Source of the DNA: Myxococcota bacterium
Lineage (GTDB): Bacteria; Myxococcota; Myxococcia; Myxococcales; Myxococcaceae
Reading direction: 5' to 3'
Length of the DNA: 20,000 nucleotides
Assembly: GCA_049322255.1 (NCBI GenBank)
Contig: JBMORE010000022.1
Location: 170,900-190,899 of the forward strand
Each line of letters begins with the position of its first letter. The first letter of the stretch is position 1. The notes under the pieces are model-generated. The model had not been told where the DNA came from. It did no database searches and saw only the letters and a program-made list of their open reading frames with translations. Below are positions 16,966-20,000 of the stretch, one piece after another. The translations under genes and the position numbers were made by a program.

Positions 16966-17820
16966 TCACTTCGTTCCAAAGCTCCAGCCTGCCGCCAACA
17001 GGAGCTCGAATTGCGGGAGGTTGGCACGTTCTGGGCCGGCAGCCGCCGCCCGGGGGAAGAACCAACCGGTGGCATAAGCACCTACCCAGGGCCCGGTCTG
17101 GGCGCAAGCGCGCAGGCCCAACATCAGCCCGGGGTCGAAGTGGGTGGCGGTCGCTCCTGGTATGAGCTCGTCACCGTCGATGGCCAACACGGCGGCCGTC
17201 CCTTGAAGCGCCGCATCGACGTTCCAACCCGACAGGGCGAAGCGGTAGAAACCTCCGAAAGCGGCGGCGAAGCGTTGCCAGGTGGCGCGCCCGCCGGCCA
17301 GCCCCAGATCGCGCGAACCAAGGGCGCCCAGGGAGATTTGCCCGCCCAGCCCCCGCGGGCCGGGGACGAGTGAAGCGGAGAGGAGGGCGCCCAAGGCAAA
17401 CGTGCGGTCGGCCGCGAGCGAGCCCAAGAGCCCTGCCGACACCTCCAGCCGCATCGCCGGCGTCGACGTGCCCGGTGGCAAGGAGGGAGCCTGCGTCAAA
17501 GGAGACACTGGAAGCTCGAGCGGCTCCTCGGTGCCTCGTAGCTCGACCAACCAGGCAGAGAGCACGACCGCCGCCGCCGAAGCGAGCTCGGAGCAGCTGG
17601 CCGCGCCAGCGAGGAGCTTGGTGGCGACCACCGCGCCGGCCTCGTTCACCAAGTCGAGACGGATCCCCTGGGCGGCGGCCTCTACCGTGGCTAGGTGGCC
17701 CTTGGCGTCGAGCCGCTCGTCGATGCGGGCGGCCACCTCGGCGGGGGTGGGGCAGGTCGAACCCCCGCGGAGAGGTACCGCGGCCACGGCCAGAAAGAGA
17801 AAGAGCGAGGGGCCCGCCAA
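16966..17820 (-). CDS. Exported hypothetical protein, possibly with a C-terminal outer-membrane beta-barrel, 284 aa
   Basis: Signal peptide (SLFLFLAVAA); Cys-containing N-domain (TCPTP...SCSELA); Pro linker; alternating Gly/aromatic strands ending FELLLAAGWSFGTK. SD GGAG and -10 TACAAT (17850-17845) lie upstream of the TTG. Confidence 0.7.
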   Translation of the reverse strand: MAGPSLFLFLAVAAVPLRGGSTCPTPAEVAARIDERLDAKGHLATVEAAAQGIRLDLVNEAGAVVATKLLAGAASCSELASAAAVVLSAWLVELRGTEEPLELPVSPLTQAPSLPPGTSTPAMRLEVSAGLLGSLAADRTFALGALLSASLVPGPRGLGGQISLGALGSRDLGLAGGRATWQRFAAAFGGFYRFALSGWNVDAALQGTAAVLAIDGDELIPGATATHFDPGLMLGLRACAQTGPWVGAYATGWFFPRAAAAGPERANLPQFELLLAAGWSFGTK

Positions 17821-17903
17821 GAGATCTCCGTCGGAAGGGGTGTCATTGTAGCCGCTTCGTATTTGCGCTTGGGGTGGACGTAAGCCAGAGTCGCTTTCGA
17901 CGG

Positions 17904-19517
17904 ATGGCAGAAAGACCGCGCATCGTCGGCATCGACCTGGGCACGACCAACACGTGCGTTGCCTCGGTGCGCAACAAGATTCCCAAGGTGGTTCCCACGG
18001 ACAAGGGCAATCTCATTCTGCCTTCGGTGGTGGCGCTTTCCGCCAAGGGCGATTTGTTGGTGGGTGGGGTCGCCAAGGATCAGATGGTCACCAACCCCAA
18101 GAACACCATCTACGGAGCCAAGAGGCTGATCGGGCGCAAGTTCGACTCCAAGGTGGTTCACGAGCTCAAGGGGTATTTCAGCTACGACATCGTCGAGGGC
18201 GCCGAGGGTGATGCGGCGGTGATGCTGGGCGGAAAGACGTACTCGCTGCCTCAGGTTTCCTCGTTCGTGCTCGCGCAGGTGAAGACGATTGCCGAGCAGT
18301 TTTTAGGCGGGACGATCGACGAGGCGGTCATTTCGGTGCCGGCGTACTACAACGACAACCAGCGCCAGGCGGTGAAGGAGGCGGGGCGGCTGGCGGGCTT
18401 TCAGGTCAAGCGCATCGTCAACGAACCGACCGCGGCGGCGCTGGCTTATGGCTTCAACCGGGGGCTGGACCAGAAGGTGCTCGTCTACGACTTGGGCGGC
18501 GGCACCTTCGACGTGTCGGTGTTGCAGCTCACCGGGAACGTGTTCGAGGTGTTGGCCACCGGAGGCGACACCTTCCTTGGGGGGGTCGACTTCGACAACC
18601 GAGTGATCGACTACGTGATCGAGACCTTCAAGAAGGAGACGAAGATCGACCTCACCAAGAGCGCCATCGCCATGCAGCGGATCAAGAACGCCGCCGAGGC
18701 CGCGAAGATCGACCTCACGCTCATTCCCAACGTGGTGATCGAGCTGCCCTACATCGAGGAGCGCAAAGGCAAGCCGGTGGACCTGCGCGTTCCGCTCACC
18801 CGCGAGCAGCTCAACGCCCTCACCGGCGACCTGGTGGATCGCACCTTCTCCCTGTGTGACCGGGTGCTGGAGGAGAAGGGCATCGCCCGTTCGGCGATCG
18901 ACGAGGTGATTCTCGTCGGGGGGCAAAGCCGCATGCCCTTGGTGCAGCAGAAGATCCAGGAGCACTTCGGTAAGCCCCCGCGCAAAGGGGTGCACCCCGA
19001 CGAGTGCGTGGCGCTGGGGGCGGCGCTGTTGGGCGAGTCGATCGACCAGATCGACGCGGTGACCTTGCTCGACGCGCTGTCGATGCCGATCGGCTACGCG
19101 CTGCCCACCGGGCGCTTCCGGAAGATCATCGACAAGAATGCGCGCATCCCCCTGGTGAAGAGCTTTCGTTTGCCCGCGCCGAAGGACGCCGACAGCCCGT
19201 TCATCGAGATGGACATCTTTCAGGGCGACAGCGAGCTCATCGTCGACAACGAGTACCTGGGGACGGTGAAGGTGCCCTCGTCGGCGACGGGGAAGAAGAT
19301 CGACTTCCGTCTCGACGAGGAGTGCCTTCTCAAGGTGGTGGTGGAAGACGTGGGCGGCTCCAAGGAGGTTGCCCTGGCGACCCGCGACACGCCCGAGTCG
19401 CTCAGGAAGCTCCTGAAGGAGGAGTACGCGCGCAAGGCGCAGGTGGGCGTTCGCGAGGACGAGGCCGCGCGCGGAGGCATCTTCTCGAGCATCAAGCGCA
19501 TGCTGGGAGGGGGGTAG
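17904..19517 (+). CDS. Atypical Hsp70/DnaK paralogue, StkA-like, 537 aa, lacking the helical lid
   Basis: [58 protein letters not shown] and LVGGQSRMP, followed by a short, divergent substrate-binding domain. The likely start is ATG 17904, not 17370. The StkA resemblance is recalled from the Myxococcus xanthus literature. Confidence 0.9.
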   Translation: MAERPRIVGIDLGTTNTCVASVRNKIPKVVPTDKGNLILPSVVALSAKGDLLVGGVAKDQMVTNPKNTIYGAKRLIGRKFDSKVVHELKGYFSYDIVEGAEGDAAVMLGGKTYSLPQVSSFVLAQVKTIAEQFLGGTIDEAVISVPAYYNDNQRQAVKEAGRLAGFQVKRIVNEPTAAALAYGFNRGLDQKVLVYDLGGGTFDVSVLQLTGNVFEVLATGGDTFLGGVDFDNRVIDYVIETFKKETKIDLTKSAIAMQRIKNAAEAAKIDLTLIPNVVIELPYIEERKGKPVDLRVPLTREQLNALTGDLVDRTFSLCDRVLEEKGIARSAIDEVILVGGQSRMPLVQQKIQEHFGKPPRKGVHPDECVALGAALLGESIDQIDAVTLLDALSMPIGYALPTGRFRKIIDKNARIPLVKSFRLPAPKDADSPFIEMDIFQGDSELIVDNEYLGTVKVPSSATGKKIDFRLDEECLLKVVVEDVGGSKEVALATRDTPESLRKLLKEEYARKAQVGVREDEAARGGIFSSIKRMLGGG

Positions 19518-19520
19518 CTC

Positions 19521-19793
19521 ATGGGGCTTCGGAACAAGCTCAAGAAAGAAGCGATGAGCCTGTCGCAGAAAGCGATGGAGAAGCTCTTCGCCGACGAGCG
19601 GCGGGCGATGAAGATCGCCGGCGCGATCGGCAAGATGCAACAGGGGAAACAGGCCTTCGACGGTGCGCAGGAGCAGGTCTTTCGCCAGCTCAACATTGCC
19701 ACCAAGAGCGACTACAAGGCGCTGGGCAAGCAGCTGTCGGCGCTGCGCCGTCGGGTGCGCGAGTTGGAAGAGAAGCTGGAGCGGCTGGCGTAG
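19521..19793 (+). CDS. Small helical/coiled-coil protein, StkC-like with a phasin/PhaE-like tail, 90 aa
   Basis: Starts 3 nt after the Hsp70 stop; SD GGAGGG lies inside the upstream gene's end. C-terminus LNIATKSDYKALGKQLSALRRRVRELEEKLERL. Confidence 0.8.
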   Translation: MGLRNKLKKEAMSLSQKAMEKLFADERRAMKIAGAIGKMQQGKQAFDGAQEQVFRQLNIATKSDYKALGKQLSALRRRVRELEEKLERLA

Positions 19794-19800
19794 TCCTTCA

Positions 19801-19830
19801 TTGACAGGCGGCCGATCCAAGTGGCAGCTT
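19801..19830 (+). promoter_or_regulatory. Sigma70-type promoter of the tRNA gene
   Basis: Perfect TTGACA (19801-19806), 18-nt spacer, and extended -10 TGgCAGCTT ending at 19830, 13 nt before the tRNA. Confidence 0.65.
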
Positions 19831-19843
19831 CCCGCCGTTTTTC

Positions 19844-19915
19844 GGGCGCATAGCTCAGCGGTAGAGCACTGCCTTCACACGGCAGGGGTCGCAGGTTCGA
19901 AACCTGCTGCGCCCA
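19844..19915 (+). tRNA. tRNA-Val (anticodon CAC), CCA not encoded
   Basis: Cloverleaf: acceptor GGGCGCA/TGCGCCC, D-stem GCTC/GAGC, anticodon stem CTGCC/GGCAG with loop TTCACAC, T-stem GCAGG/CCTGC with loop TTCGAAA, discriminator A followed by CTG. Confidence 0.97.
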
Positions 19916-20000
19916 CTGTGGTGTTCGCGCAAAGCCAGAACGGTCGTGGATCCGCGGTTGAAAGGCTGCGAGAAGCTGGTCGAGGGCGGCGAGCGAGCAC

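Noticed and set aside
16938..16975. Autoregulatory ECF promoter upstream of the sigma gene
   Set aside because: Candidate words (GGAAC, TGAAAG, GTCAC) could not be paired with convincing spacing, and there is no second copy to compare.
17370..17903. 178-aa N-terminal extension on the Hsp70 ORF
   Set aside because: It overlaps the divergent minus-strand gene and is low-complexity. Hsp70 homology starts at [13 protein letters not shown] (17904), with a promoter-like element just upstream.
18303..19820. 505-aa ORF antisense to the Hsp70 gene
   Set aside because: Long antisense frames opposite dnaK/hsp70 genes are a known codon-bias artefact, and I see no recognisable motifs.
19921..19980. c-di-GMP-I riboswitch-like words (CGCAAAGCC, GAAA loop)
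   Set aside because: The elements occur in the wrong order relative to the family consensus as I recall it, and the GGCAAACC...GGGACGC core is missing.
1..20000. CRISPR arrays, transposases, integrases, prophage or defence genes
   Set aside because: No regularly spaced DNA repeats, no recognisable mobile-element or nuclease motifs, and no obvious compositional shift by eye.

Overview
High-GC, gene-dense chromosomal window that looks myxobacterial; this is an inference from gene content. Order: a giant TPR-repeat CDS (minus, at least 1310 aa, runs off the left edge and is missing from the ORF track); hutH (minus) divergent from aspartokinase (which has an internal in-frame beta-subunit start); a ComEA-like HhH protein; a zinc-ribbon/TM/helical protein with six T-(Q/M)-x-F repeats; a GT2 glycosyltransferase whose Shine-Dalgarno (SD) can be occluded by a hairpin; a CHAP/NlpC-P60 lipoprotein divergent from a helical/HEAT-repeat lipoprotein; fused SpmA/SpmB; an AI-2E transporter; a three-gene ECF module (exported, possibly beta-barrel protein, ECF sigma, membrane TPR anti-sigma candidate); a lid-less DnaK paralogue (StkA-like) with a 90-aa partner; and tRNA-Val(CAC). 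I found no mobile element, CRISPR array or defence system. The best leads are the T-Q-x-F array, the ECF module, a MinD-like C-terminal amphipathic helix on the Hsp70, two SD-occluding hairpins, and recurring promoter geometry that implies leaderless mRNAs. All calls were read by eye; no searches were run.
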